A stretch of 64,000 nt of DNA from a bacterium (GCA_020852295.1 JADZBC010000009.1:216058-280057); one strand, 5' to 3'; counted from the first letter of the stretch, positions 39,071 to 49,412 are shown. The notes: a model not told the origin generated them from the letters alone. Numbers and translations are program-made.

Positions 39071-39096
39071 AAAAAACCTCTTGGAGGCCAAGAGGT
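39071..39096 (-). terminator. Attenuator terminator upstream of the HAD gene
   Basis: Minus strand ACCTCTTGG-CCT-CCAAGAGGT followed by a U-run. Confidence 0.8.
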
Positions 39097-39123
39097 CGTC
39101 GGTTTTTTAGATTTTGCGTATAG

Positions 39124-39192
39124 CTAAAATGACCTCTCGGCTGAGTGGCTGTTCCAAAAGTGATAGTGAAACTGGTTGGCTGTTTGCTTCAT
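39124..39192 (-). CDS. Putative attenuator leader peptide MKQTANQFHYHFWNSHSAERSF
   Basis: Hand-translated 22-aa ORF just after promoter TTGACA-17-TAGTAT (39203-39231, minus); its 3' end carries an antiterminator sequence. Confidence 0.65.
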   Translation of the reverse strand: MKQTANQFHYHFWNSHSAERSF

Positions 39193-39282
39193 GTTGCGAC
39201 AAATACTAACAATCATTTTCGGTTATGTCAACAGTCAATGTATTTGTGCTAGAAGCCGAGTAGTTGTTATGCTTTATATAGC

Positions 39283-40404
39283 ATGAATCCGGACGACCAA
39301 ACACAACCAGACGTTTTAGCGACTCCACCAGCGCAGCCGACAGATATGCAGGCGGGGGTTGAGCAGACTATTTCGCAGCGCCCAACGATTATCCCACCAC
39401 CACAATCAGGTCCACCAACACCACCGCCGGCGCCCAATACTTCATCGATTATCCCGCCACCTGTCACTCCGGCGTCAGCTCCGCAGCCTGTAGAGCATAT
39501 GGCTACGCCTGCACCAACTGTCGAGAGCCCAGCCCCAAGTTTGCCAACAAGAGCCGAGCCTATTGTGCCTCAGCCGCAGCCAGACCCAGCGGTGGGTTTG
39601 CCAGAAGGTGGCCCAGCCGCTCCGAGTCCGCTCGAGCAGATGGTTTCTCATCCTGTGGGGTCAGCTCCTCAGCCGCAACCTGCCACAATGCCAACCACGT
39701 CTGAGCCCGCATCCAATGCAGCTCCGGTAGCAGCATCTCTACCATCGGCAACGCCGTCATCCCAGCACGTCGCCTTACCGATGAAGCCATCAAAAATACC
39801 ATTGATACTCGGTGTGGTCTTCGCGGCTCTGCTCCTTATATCGGGTGCGGTATATGCCTTCTCGTTGCTCTTCGGCGGCTTTAGTAAGGTGTCAAAACCG
39901 GTAGCTTCGACCAGCACCTTGCCATCGAAGACCGCATCTTCGCTGGCCGACTATTCAGCACTCTGTAATCGCACGACGATATCAAACTCAGCTGGTTTTG
40001 GTGCGAAACCGCACAAAGCGATATTCTTTCAGTCGTCAGCGGTGTCTGAAGACGACTATACACAAAGCGTCTTGAGCTTTGCCGATAAGACTTGGGAGGC
40101 GACCACGAAGGATCTTGCGTCAATTCAGCTGGTTGGCTGTCTGAAGCGGACCAATCCCGTCAAGGCCAAGCAGTGCAGCTTTACCAGTAGTGGCAAGCAA
40201 GTGAACATCAACTACTACTCGGTCACCTACCAGCTCAGTGTGTTTGAGGCCAAGACGGGGAAGTCGCGGGTGAGCGGCACGATAAGCGGCACTGCGGATA
40301 AGTGTCCAAGCTCCGTTTTGTACAATCCATCGGATCCAAAGGTGTTCGCCAATCCAGATAGTAAAGCGGTCGAAGATGCGATAAAGGAGCTCATGAATTC
40401 GTAA
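39283..40404 (+). CDS. Proline-rich single-pass membrane protein
   Basis: About 165-aa Pro-rich N-terminus, a TM helix and a Cys-containing outer domain. Confidence 0.75.
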   Translation: MNPDDQTQPDVLATPPAQPTDMQAGVEQTISQRPTIIPPPQSGPPTPPPAPNTSSIIPPPVTPASAPQPVEHMATPAPTVESPAPSLPTRAEPIVPQPQPDPAVGLPEGGPAAPSPLEQMVSHPVGSAPQPQPATMPTTSEPASNAAPVAASLPSATPSSQHVALPMKPSKIPLILGVVFAALLLISGAVYAFSLLFGGFSKVSKPVASTSTLPSKTASSLADYSALCNRTTISNSAGFGAKPHKAIFFQSSAVSEDDYTQSVLSFADKTWEATTKDLASIQLVGCLKRTNPVKAKQCSFTSSGKQVNINYYSVTYQLSVFEAKTGKSRVSGTISGTADKCPSSVLYNPSDPKVFANPDSKAVEDAIKELMNS

Positions 40405-40418
40405 TGGGTAGTCGATTG

Positions 40419-41000
40419 CTAATCGCCGGATGGAGTCCGGAGACACTCACTGCGATCGGACTGTTCTTTATGGGATGGATAGCGCTTTTGGTAGTCTGTG
40501 CCCTTTGTATTGCAGGACTTCTGCTTTTTTTGGTCAATAGTTACAGTTAGGGTGCCTGGGGCAGCCTGGACAAAACTAACCATCCCAAAGGTAAAGACCA
40601 CAATAGATAAAATAGCACTAGCTGTGCCGAAACTTAACCAGTAGACTATATCCTTCCAGGTATGGCGGGCTCTGGGTATGATAACTACCTTAGCATGATG
40701 CAGGGCAGTATAGTGAACGTCTGGTAGCTCTTGGCGAAGTGGCATTAGGTGCTGTCGGTAGTCTATATAGGTATATAACGCTAGACCTAGTAGGCCGCTG
40801 ACAGGAATCAATAGATGGATATACCACTGATCATACAGTACTGATGGTTGATAAAAGAGCTGGTAGAGGAAGTTGTTGATGGGAGCGAGCCGGGTAGAAA
40901 CAGCAAACAGACCAAGCACTAAAATTAGCATCAAAGCAAACACAGCAAGTGCTCGTGCTTTATTGGATGTCATTTTGTCTCGTAAAGTCTTGATCTTCAT
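40419..41000 (-). CDS. Hypothetical membrane protein
   Basis: ORF with three hydrophobic segments. Confidence 0.55.
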   Translation of the reverse strand: MKIKTLRDKMTSNKARALAVFALMLILVLGLFAVSTRLAPINNFLYQLFYQPSVLYDQWYIHLLIPVSGLLGLALYTYIDYRQHLMPLRQELPDVHYTALHHAKVVIIPRARHTWKDIVYWLSFGTASAILSIVVFTFGMVSFVQAAPGTLTVTIDQKKQKSCNTKGTDYQKRYPSHKEQSDRSECLRTPSGD

Positions 41001-41150
41001 GTTTATAATATTTCTCTTCGAGCCACGAAAGCCTCAGCTCGCTTGAAAATCCTCCTCCCGGCCTTTTTATAGGATATCTGCCCCATGGGAGTACGATACC
41101 TCAGATTACCAGGGTAGATTATAAAATGCCTATTCAGCATTTATTATAGC

Positions 41151-41501
41151 TTAAGCTTGATTACCTAACCACTGCTTCAGCGCAACGGCTTGATTATTCT
41201 CTGTGTCACGGGCCGAGTACACGAGCGTCACCGCTTGCTTATCTGCCGATTGGCGAAGAAGATCCTTGGCTGCGTTGGATTTGTCCAACTCTACAAAATA
41301 CTTAGCCTTAAATTCCTCAAACCTAGCAGGGTCATGGTTGAACCATTTACGCAGCTCATTACTAGGGGCGATGTCCTTACACCATTCATCGATTTGCAGA
41401 TCTTCTTTCTTGATGCCGCGCGGCCACAATCTATCCACGAGTATCCTATACCCGTCATCGTCGGCAGGCTTTTCGTAGGCTCGCTTAATACGGATGTTCA
41501 T
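41151..41501 (-). CDS. DUF488/YeaO family protein
   Basis: IRIKRAYE..DDGYRILVDRLWPRG and APSNELRKWF motifs; TATAAT 7 nt before the ATG. Confidence 0.92.
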   Translation of the reverse strand: MNIRIKRAYEKPADDDGYRILVDRLWPRGIKKEDLQIDEWCKDIAPSNELRKWFNHDPARFEEFKAKYFVELDKSNAAKDLLRQSADKQAVTLVYSARDTENNQAVALKQWLGNQA

Positions 41502-41630
41502 ACTCATTATTATACTCCTAGTTGGGTATAGGTAGTCTTGTGTCCGATCCTTAGATATTAGGAAAATGGCGTATTTTAGATGCCTAATCTTGCAAAAAAC
41601 TAAAAATACTTTTTCAAAAACACTAGCCTT

Positions 41631-41679
41631 ACACAATATGTAGCGTATATAATACTTAAGCAAACACCACATACGGTGT
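41631..41679 (+). promoter_or_regulatory. Tandem NrdR boxes overlapping the nrdJ promoter
   Basis: ACACAATATGTAGCGT (41631-41646) and ACACCACATACGGTGT (41664-41679) versus consensus acaCwAtATaTwGtgt; TATAAT at 41648. Confidence 0.7.
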
Positions 41680-41708
41680 AGTACCTCGACACGAGAAAGG
41701 CAAGTCAA

Positions 41709-44363
41709 ATGACTTCAACGAACCAGGTAAAGCTGGGAATAGGACGCCACTTCACGGAGGCGTCGGTTCACCCCTACGATATGGTGGAGTGGGAGCTGCG
41801 TGATAGTCGGCTCATGAACCACGCTACCGGTGAGGTAGCGTTTGAGCAGGCCGGCGTGGAAGTTCCGCTAGTCTGGTCGCAGAGCGCTACAAACATCGTG
41901 GCGCAGAAGTACCTGCGTGGCTCACTTGGCTCTGATGGGCGAGAGAGCAGCTTGCGCGATCTGATCGATCGAGTCGTCAACACCATCACCGCATGGGGGG
42001 ACGCCGATGGTTATTTTGCCGACGATGATGAGCGCGAAGCCTTTAGGGCTGAGCTGAGCTTCATTCTGTTGACACAGCGAGCAGCGTTTAACTCACCGGT
42101 GTGGTTCAATATCGGTGTGGCTGATTCGCCGCAGCAGGCTAGCGCTTGTTTCATTTTGTCGGTGGAGGATTCGATGGAGTCCATCAAGGATTGGTGGGCT
42201 CAGGAGGCGATCATCTTTCAGGGAGGATCTGGCGCCGGCGCGAATCTCTCGCATCTGCGCGGTTCGAGCGAGCCGATTGGCGGCAGCGTCAATACTAGCT
42301 CCGGGCCGTTGGCATTCATGCAAGCGGCAGATGCGGCAGCTAACGCTATCAAGTCCGGTGGCAAGACGCGCCGAGCAGCCAAAATGGTCATCCTCGACGT
42401 CGATCATCCAGACATCGTCGAGTTTGTCGCAGCCAAGAAAGCGGCCGAAGACATGGCGCGCGCTTTGAGCGTGTCGGGCTTTGACATGAGTTTTGATTCG
42501 ACGCACGCTAGCTGGATTCCGTATCAGAACGCCAACAACAGCGTTCGGGTGACCGATGAGTTCATGCAAGCGGTGGAGGAGAACGAGACTTGGCGGCTGA
42601 AGGCTCGGCTGGATGGTCACGTGGTGGCTGAGATGCCGGCTCGCGAGCTGATGTGCATGATCGCCGAGGCCGCTTGGGCTTGTGGTGATCCTGGATTGCA
42701 GTTTGACACCACTGCCAACAAGTGGCATACCTGCCCGAGCGCTGGGCGCATCAATGGGTCAAATCCTTGCAGCGAGTACATGCATCTGGACGATTCCAGC
42801 TGCAATCTCGCCAGCTTGAACCTGCTGAAGTTTCTCGATGAGGATGGTGGCTTCGAGCTCGATGATTTTCTGCAAACTGTCACGGTGATCTTTATGGCTC
42901 AGGATATCCTGACCGGTCATGCTGACTACCCGACGGAGAAGATCGCCGAGACCAGTCGTCGTTTTCGGCAGCTGGGCATCGGCTACACCAACTTGGGCGC
43001 GCTTCTGATGGCGACCGGTCTACCCTACGACTCGGAAGAGGGTCGTTATCTGGCGGCGACGATCACGGCGCTGATGACCGGTCAGAGCTATCTGGCTAGC
43101 GCGCAGATGGCAGAGCGATTGGGAGCCTTTGAGGGCTTTGAGGCTGATCGAGGTTCGGTCCTCAAGGTGTTGCGTAAGCACACCAAGGCTCTCAAGGGCG
43201 TTGGTAAGTGTCAGCTGCCTTTGGCTGACAGGCTTTATGCGCAGGCAATGGTCATCTGGGAGGATGTCAACTGTTTGGCTCAGAGGCACGGCATTCGTAA
43301 CGCTCAGGCTTCGGTGCTGGCTCCGACTGGTACCATTAGCTTTATGATGGACTGCGACACCACTGGCATCGAGCCGGATTACGATCTGGTCAAGACCAAG
43401 CTTTTGGTCGGTGGTGGCAGCATGAAGATAGTCAATCAGACCATCGAGCGGGCCTTGCGGAATCTGAAGTATTCAGAGGCTGACATCGTGGGTATCATCG
43501 ATTACATCGAGGAGAACTCGACGGCGGTCGGCGCGCCCAAGCTGGAAGGCCACCACTTGCCGGTATTCGCAACTGCCAATGGCGAAAACGCGATTTCGGC
43601 AGAGGGTCATTTGCTCATGATGGCGGCAGTGCAGCCGTTCCTCTCGGGCGCGATTTCCAAGACGGTGAACTTGCCTAACGATGCGACGGTGGAGGATATC
43701 GAAGCCGCGTACGTGGAGGCATGGCATCTGGGCCTGAAGGCTGTCGCGGTGTACCGCGATGGTTGCAAGGTCGCGCAGCCACTGTCGTCGACGGTGCAGC
43801 TCGCATCAATAGAAGCCGTCGGTAAGCGTGAGCTGCCCAAGCAGCGCGAGTCTCGGACATACGAGTTTAGCGTTGCTGGCACCAAGTGCTTCGTGCATGT
43901 CGGTCTTTTTGCCGACGGTAGCCCGGGTGAGATTTTCTTTCATGTCACCAAGCAGGGCTCGACGATGTCAGGCATCATGGACAACTTCGGTATAGCCCTC
44001 TCGCTGGGTTTGCAGCAGGGAGTACCGCTGGAGTCGTTCGTGAAGCGCTACGTCGGCACGAAGTTTGAGCCACATGGCATGACGGATGATCCGGAGTTGA
44101 GGATCGCCAACAGTATTCTCGACTACGTTTTCCGGCGCTTGGCTCTGGACTTTCTGTCGCCCGAGGCGCGGACAGCGCTGAACATCTTCTCGAGCGCTGA
44201 GAGGACTGAGGCGCTGGAGGCAGAGGTGTCGGGTGTGTCGACTGCTAAGGCGACGGTCGCCGATCCAAACGCGCCGATGTGCCAGTCCTGTGGCTTGCAG
44301 ATGCGTCGAGCTGGCAGTTGCTACGTTTGCGAGCAGTGCGGCACTACCAGTGGCTGTAGCTGA
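41709..44363 (+). CDS. nrdJ: Class II (adenosylcobalamin-dependent) ribonucleotide reductase
   Basis: FNSPVWFN, SACFI, GGKTRRAAKM, SNPCSEY, APTGTIS and C-terminal CxxC..CxxC..GCS. Confidence 0.95.
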   Translation: MTSTNQVKLGIGRHFTEASVHPYDMVEWELRDSRLMNHATGEVAFEQAGVEVPLVWSQSATNIVAQKYLRGSLGSDGRESSLRDLIDRVVNTITAWGDADGYFADDDEREAFRAELSFILLTQRAAFNSPVWFNIGVADSPQQASACFILSVEDSMESIKDWWAQEAIIFQGGSGAGANLSHLRGSSEPIGGSVNTSSGPLAFMQAADAAANAIKSGGKTRRAAKMVILDVDHPDIVEFVAAKKAAEDMARALSVSGFDMSFDSTHASWIPYQNANNSVRVTDEFMQAVEENETWRLKARLDGHVVAEMPARELMCMIAEAAWACGDPGLQFDTTANKWHTCPSAGRINGSNPCSEYMHLDDSSCNLASLNLLKFLDEDGGFELDDFLQTVTVIFMAQDILTGHADYPTEKIAETSRRFRQLGIGYTNLGALLMATGLPYDSEEGRYLAATITALMTGQSYLASAQMAERLGAFEGFEADRGSVLKVLRKHTKALKGVGKCQLPLADRLYAQAMVIWEDVNCLAQRHGIRNAQASVLAPTGTISFMMDCDTTGIEPDYDLVKTKLLVGGGSMKIVNQTIERALRNLKYSEADIVGIIDYIEENSTAVGAPKLEGHHLPVFATANGENAISAEGHLLMMAAVQPFLSGAISKTVNLPNDATVEDIEAAYVEAWHLGLKAVAVYRDGCKVAQPLSSTVQLASIEAVGKRELPKQRESRTYEFSVAGTKCFVHVGLFADGSPGEIFFHVTKQGSTMSGIMDNFGIALSLGLQQGVPLESFVKRYVGTKFEPHGMTDDPELRIANSILDYVFRRLALDFLSPEARTALNIFSSAERTEALEAEVSGVSTAKATVADPNAPMCQSCGLQMRRAGSCYVCEQCGTTSGCS

Positions 44364-44407
44364 CTCAAGCGCTTGATCGGCTGCGGATAGCTAGTCAAGC
44401 CAACTCT

Positions 44408-44456
44408 CTCCCGAGTTTACCCCATTGAGGGGTAGGCTCGGGAGTTTTATTTTTTT
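44408..44456 (+). terminator. Intrinsic terminator of nrdJ
   Basis: CTCCCGAGTTTACCCC/GGGGTAGGCTCGGGAG followed by a T-run. Confidence 0.85.
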
Positions 44457-44598
44457 ACGCCTCAAGACAAAACACGCATTTGCTACCGCGCCTAAGTAAC
44501 CAAAAATCACTATCCTGCAATCATCGTATTTACGTATCTGGGCGAATCTGACATAATGCCTACGTTTTGTACCTCCTCACAAGGAAAGGATTGGTAAC

Positions 44599-45585
44599 GT
44601 GTCAGAACTTCGTACTCAAGCTGAGTTGGAAGCAGTATTGCACCGCTTCGATGCTGAAGAAGTCTTTCATATGCAGGCGCGTCTCTCTGATAGACACACT
44701 GAAAAAAGTATATTACGGACGATGCCATTTGATAGCCATAAGGATTTTCATCGACCCGAAAGGGTAGTTTTCGCACCATTTCAGCCAGCTTGGTCCAACA
44801 CGGCACTTCAGCCATTTGGCCCAGCGGTTCATTCCGGATTTGACCTGATCATGGAGGCTTGGCGACGAGTACCATCGCTTCTGGCGATTATCGCCGGAGA
44901 GATGCGCAACCACGGCCGCAATTTTACATTGGTGACAAATCACGGCGCCCTCTTCGACATCGGTCTGGTGCATGGCGCCTTGCGGATAGTCATCGAAGAT
45001 TGCCTGCCTGCCGATGTTTTCACCGAGCAAAGTACGGTGATCGTGAGTGGTGGAGTGCGAACTTTGGAGGCAGTATTGGTCGTTGACGGCGTGGAAGTCG
45101 TGATTCCAGCCATAGAAGTATTGCAGTTTTTCACTCGTGTACTGACCAGTTTTCCCACGACTATCACTGTCAAAAGTCTCAATTTCGATCCGGATTTAGT
45201 ATCGGCTTCTAATGAGCTGGTACGCTTGTCGCATCGCCAGATCTTGGAGCGGGGCGGACAACTCTTGGCGGTGGCGCCTAGTGCGTCCGAAGATCGCTTG
45301 CTGCTCAATGGTAAGCATATGCAACCATTGAAAAATGGCACCATGGATCTGATGATGGGTACGTGGGCGCTTCCGGTAGCTGTGACGCTGGACGGTGAAG
45401 AGCCGTCAGCTTGTACTATTTTGGAGCCACACTGGCTTGACACACATGAGTCGTGCCATGCGATGATGGAGGCGATTGCTCGTCAGTGTCATCGCCAGTC
45501 ACTAGTGGAGCACACCTATCACCGTAAGCCCAGGCTCTACGAAAAAGCCCTGGCAGCGTATAGTCGTCGCCACCATCGATCTTGA
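44599..45585 (+). CDS. Putative lysophospholipid acyltransferase-like (PlsC-fold) protein
   Basis: TNHGALFD (HxxxxD), APSASEDR and LPVAV blocks; promoter TTTACG-17-CATAAT, SD GAAAGGA, terminator 45591-45623. Confidence 0.6.
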   Translation: MSELRTQAELEAVLHRFDAEEVFHMQARLSDRHTEKSILRTMPFDSHKDFHRPERVVFAPFQPAWSNTALQPFGPAVHSGFDLIMEAWRRVPSLLAIIAGEMRNHGRNFTLVTNHGALFDIGLVHGALRIVIEDCLPADVFTEQSTVIVSGGVRTLEAVLVVDGVEVVIPAIEVLQFFTRVLTSFPTTITVKSLNFDPDLVSASNELVRLSHRQILERGGQLLAVAPSASEDRLLLNGKHMQPLKNGTMDLMMGTWALPVAVTLDGEEPSACTILEPHWLDTHESCHAMMEAIARQCHRQSLVEHTYHRKPRLYEKALAAYSRRHHRS

Positions 45586-45702
45586 TCAATAGCCGCAGCT
45601 CCTTCGCGGACTGCGGCTTTTTTATTAACTCGACTTACGCAATGCAAAAGGTTCGACCACGATAAGGGGCCGAACCTTTATTAGGATTTTTGTAAGATGG
45701 GT

Positions 45703-46065
45703 TTATTTTTTCTTGTTGGTTGCCGACTGCTCTTGCAGCTGCTTGACTTGTAGACCCAGCGCGATGGCGACCGGTCCGGCGATCAAGCCGTAGATGCCCA
45801 AGACCCACGCGAAAGCAATGCCGCCCGTTAGTGGGTGGCGCAGCACGAAGACTCCAGCCAGTGCGGTAATGATACCGACTACTACGAGCAGGGCGCGCAT
45901 GGAGCCGTGATAGTCGAAGGCAGCGATAAACTCAAACAAACCGCGGACCACCAGTACAAAACCGATTACCAGTATCAGTACGGCTAGGGTGATACCTGGT
46001 CGTTGGGCGATATAAGCGCCAGCCGCGACTTGGACAACTCCCAGAAGCAGTGTTAGCCACCAGGC
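45703..46065 (-). pseudogene. HdeD/DUF308-like membrane protein, 5'-truncated
   Basis: The frame reads WWLTLLLGVVQVAAGAYIAQRPGITLAVL...; further upstream it hits TAA near 46120 with no plausible start. Confidence 0.6.
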
Positions 46066-46787
46066 GCTATTGGTGCGCGATGTTGGATCGAGATCATCAA
46101 CAGGTTGATACCACGGCGGTTATTTACATGGGGACTTTTTGTCCGCCGGCCGCAGCTATGGCTTACCGGAGTCTGGCTAGCTTGTTTGAGGCGAGAGGGT
46201 ACTCAGTCTCGATCAAAGCCATTCCTAAGCTGGGGTTAGGCAGAATCGACGAGGCGGCTAGGCAGCTTGCGGACGAGGTATTTCATACTTCACGTGCTGA
46301 GCGCTATGTTTTAGTCGGTCATAGTCAAGGCGCGTTGATTGCCCTGTATCATGCTCGCAGATATCCGTCCTTGGTCGAGGCGGTGTTTGGTTTTGGCGGT
46401 CCGTTCCACGGCACTTGGCTGGCAAATCTTGGCCGCTTGTCGAGGTTGCCAGCGGTCCGCACTATGGCCGCGCATTCGCGGTTTTTGCGTGAGTTGCGTG
46501 AAGATTCATCGTATGAGGCCGAGAATATTCATTCATTATACTCGGTCTTCGATGAGCTGGTCGTGCCGTGGTTCGCATCAACGGTAAGTGGGGCGAATAA
46601 CGTCGTCTTGGCGCCAGCTCGACTGCATCCATTGCTGGTGCGGCTGGGGCTAACTCGTAGTCGGGGAATCGAGTTAGTCGATGGTTGGGCGGATCATTTG
46701 GGCGTGATATGGCACCCGGCACTGCATCGGCAGGTTGATTTAGCGCTGGACCGGCTAGAGACAGATCGACTCGTGTTGGCGGCGTGA
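46050..46787 (+). CDS. Lipase/esterase (alpha/beta hydrolase), start uncertain
   Basis: LVGHSQG, GGPFHGT, YSVFDELVVP and DHLG motifs; terminator 46848-46877. Confidence 0.8.
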   Translation: MLATRRYWCAMLDRDHQQVDTTAVIYMGTFCPPAAAMAYRSLASLFEARGYSVSIKAIPKLGLGRIDEAARQLADEVFHTSRAERYVLVGHSQGALIALYHARRYPSLVEAVFGFGGPFHGTWLANLGRLSRLPAVRTMAAHSRFLRELREDSSYEAENIHSLYSVFDELVVPWFASTVSGANNVVLAPARLHPLLVRLGLTRSRGIELVDGWADHLGVIWHPALHRQVDLALDRLETDRLVLAA

Positions 46788-47071
46788 ATTCTCGCGATAT
46801 GTTGGATTTGTACCGTATTCTTTTATAGATGTCGCCGCCGCGGCATTGCCCCGCACTTTTGTGTGGGGCTTTTTTTTGGGTCAGATAGCTGGAAAATTAC
46901 TCGAGAATAAGCTATAATTCAGCGGTACTTTGAAAGTGGGTATTGATGGGGTGCGCGCTAAGTTGGTGTCTTGTCATTTATGACAAGCTATAAAATCTTC
47001 AGGTGCCTTACCATCGCTAAAAACACAAAAGTAACGAAGTGATTAGAGAACATGCTTTGTTTGATAGATTA

Positions 47072-47147
47072 TGGGGTGTGGCCAAGTTGGTAAGGCGCCT
47101 GTTTCTGGCACAGGAGATCATAGGTTCGAGTCCTATCACCCCAGCCA
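47072..47147 (+). tRNA. tRNA-Gln(CTG)
   Basis: TGGGGTG/CACCCCA acceptor, CCTGT-ttCTGgc-ACAGG anticodon arm, GGTTCGAGTCC T-arm, CCA. Confidence 0.96.
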
Positions 47148-47306
47148 AATATATCAACAGAATATATAACCTATGCCTCATATTCTCATTGACGTCATTC
47201 GAAAGAGACATAAAGAACAGAGTTGAAAAAGAGTCGTTTATCCGGCTCTTTTTGCTTGCCCATATCCACACTTGCGGCTCTATTCCGCTTATGAAATGAT
47301 AGTGAA

Positions 47307-47942
47307 ATGATGCAATCTGTACTATCGTACCTAGAATCGATCTCAGCTATCTTGCCGCTACCATTGTTTGTACTCATTGGTTCTCTGGCCGAAGAAATTA
47401 TCGCTCCAATACCATCGCCGTTCGTACTTACATTGGCAGGATCGTTGGCAGCTGCACAAAATGTCAACTTTATCTCCCTGATTGGCCTTGCCTTGATCGC
47501 GGCACTAGCCAAGACCGCCGGAAGCTATCTTTTCTATGTCGTGGCCGACAAAACAGAGGATATCCTAACCGGAAAATTTGGACGTCTGATAGGTTTTAGC
47601 CACAAAAGCATTGAGTCGATCGGTAAGAAACTTGAAAAAAGCTCACGGGATGAGATCGCCATATTTCTCTTGCGAGCCACGCCGCTCATTCCTACAGCAC
47701 CCGTTTCTGTCGTAGCCGGCCTTGTAAAACTCGAAGTAAAAAGATATCTCATCGCGAGTTTTGCTGGGCTCTGGGTACGAGCAATCTTTTTTCTATATAT
47801 GGGATATACCGCTCAGGGCACGTTATCTGACCTGACGAATCAGCTGTCAGGCTACGAGACGTATGGAAAAATATTTCTTTTGCTGATGGGGGTAGTAGGT
47901 GTTGTATATTTTTATAGAAAGCGCAAAAAGATACATTCGTAA
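47307..47942 (+). CDS. DedA/VTT family membrane protein
   Basis: EEIIAPIPS, FLLRATPLIP and VAGL motifs. Confidence 0.85.
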   Translation: MMQSVLSYLESISAILPLPLFVLIGSLAEEIIAPIPSPFVLTLAGSLAAAQNVNFISLIGLALIAALAKTAGSYLFYVVADKTEDILTGKFGRLIGFSHKSIESIGKKLEKSSRDEIAIFLLRATPLIPTAPVSVVAGLVKLEVKRYLIASFAGLWVRAIFFLYMGYTAQGTLSDLTNQLSGYETYGKIFLLLMGVVGVVYFYRKRKKIHS

Positions 47943-47993
47943 TCATACAAACACAATCATGAAAGCATTTTGCTCTGTGGACGGGAGAGACAC

Positions 47994-49412
47994 GTGAAGA
48001 TTTCGCAGCTAAAACTTAAGCCCTTACCGGTGCCGCCTGCGCTACGAAAGATTATCGGGCCTAGTTTTATCATTCTCGGCATGGGGCTCGGTACTGGTGA
48101 GATCATTCTGTGGCCATATTTAGTGAGTAACTATGGCATGGGCATCATATGGGGTGCTGTTCTGGGAATTTCCTTCCAGTTCATTATCAATATGGAGATC
48201 AGTCGCTATGCCCTAGCGCGTGGCGAAAGCGTTTTTGTTGGATACTCTCGTATGTTACGACGTTTGCCGATCTGGTTTGTGATCTCAACATTTATTCCCT
48301 GGATGTGGCCCGGCATTGCGGCTGTCTCGTCCGTCATCGTGGTGCATTTATTGAGACTAAGCCCCTCGAGTACGAAATGGGTCACCATCATCATTTTGCT
48401 TACAATCGGCATGATTTTGTCCTTCAGTAAGCTCATCTACTCAACGGTGGAGCGATTCCAGAAAGCGATTATTGCAATTGGTGTACCATCGCTGCTCGTC
48501 ATTAGTTATTTGGTGAGCGACCAAAGAACCGTCAATGCAACCCTCAACGGCTTGGTTGGCGTAGGGGAAGGCTACCTATTCTGGCCGCCAACAATAGCAG
48601 TTGCTACATTCTTGGCGGCAATGGCGTATTCGGGTGCGGGCGGTAATTTGAATCTGGCTCAATCTCTGTATGTTAAAGAGAAAGGCTATGGCATGGGGCG
48701 TTATTCTGCCAAACTAGCCAGCCTGTTTACGGGCGCAAGTCAGTCAAAAAAAGATGTCGCCCTCACCGGTGCTCGTTTTGCGATAAATAGACGTAATCTT
48801 GATCGTTATAATAGGTGGTGGCGAGTCATTAATATTGAGCATTTTATTGTTTTTTGGCTCACCGGAGTTATCACTTTGATTCTACTGGCGATTCTAGCGT
48901 ATGCAACCACGTATGGGATTAGTGGTGCCAGTAATAATATTAGCTTCGTGATTAGTGAAGCCGGTCTGATTGCTCAAAAGATCTCTCCACTTATCGGCAC
49001 TTTGTTTTTAGTAATTGTTGCTGCAACGTTATTTGGCACCCAGCTGAACATCTATGATGCCACGAGTCGGATCATAACAGAAAATGTTTTGCTTCTGATG
49101 CGGTCTGATGCGAAAGCATCCTCAAGGCAATTATCGCTCACTTACTACACGAGTCTGTGGCTATTTATCGTATCCGGAATCATCATTTTTCTACTTGATT
49201 TTGCTCAGCCGCTCCAGCTCATAATTATTGCTGCCGTTCTAAATGCAATTAGTATGTTTGTTCATACGGGTCTAACACTATTACTTAATAAAACAAAACT
49301 ACCAAGGCAAATACAGCCCTCAACTGCACATACGATAGCGATGCTTGTTGTTTTTGTATTCTACGGTGGCCTGAGTATGTATGTTGTGGTAGCAGAGCTA
49401 ATGAAGTTCTAG
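47994..49412 (+). CDS. NRAMP-like / APC-fold transporter
   Basis: IGPSFIILGMGLGTGEIILWP and about 11 TM segments. Confidence 0.75.
   Translation: MKISQLKLKPLPVPPALRKIIGPSFIILGMGLGTGEIILWPYLVSNYGMGIIWGAVLGISFQFIINMEISRYALARGESVFVGYSRMLRRLPIWFVISTFIPWMWPGIAAVSSVIVVHLLRLSPSSTKWVTIIILLTIGMILSFSKLIYSTVERFQKAIIAIGVPSLLVISYLVSDQRTVNATLNGLVGVGEGYLFWPPTIAVATFLAAMAYSGAGGNLNLAQSLYVKEKGYGMGRYSAKLASLFTGASQSKKDVALTGARFAINRRNLDRYNRWWRVINIEHFIVFWLTGVITLILLAILAYATTYGISGASNNISFVISEAGLIAQKISPLIGTLFLVIVAATLFGTQLNIYDATSRIITENVLLLMRSDAKASSRQLSLTYYTSLWLFIVSGIIIFLLDFAQPLQLIIIAAVLNAISMFVHTGLTLLLNKTKLPRQIQPSTAHTIAMLVVFVFYGGLSMYVVVAELMKF

Noticed and set aside
39283-39780. Pro-rich low-complexity tract as a DNA repeat element
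   Set aside because: Protein-level compositional bias without regular nucleotide repeats.
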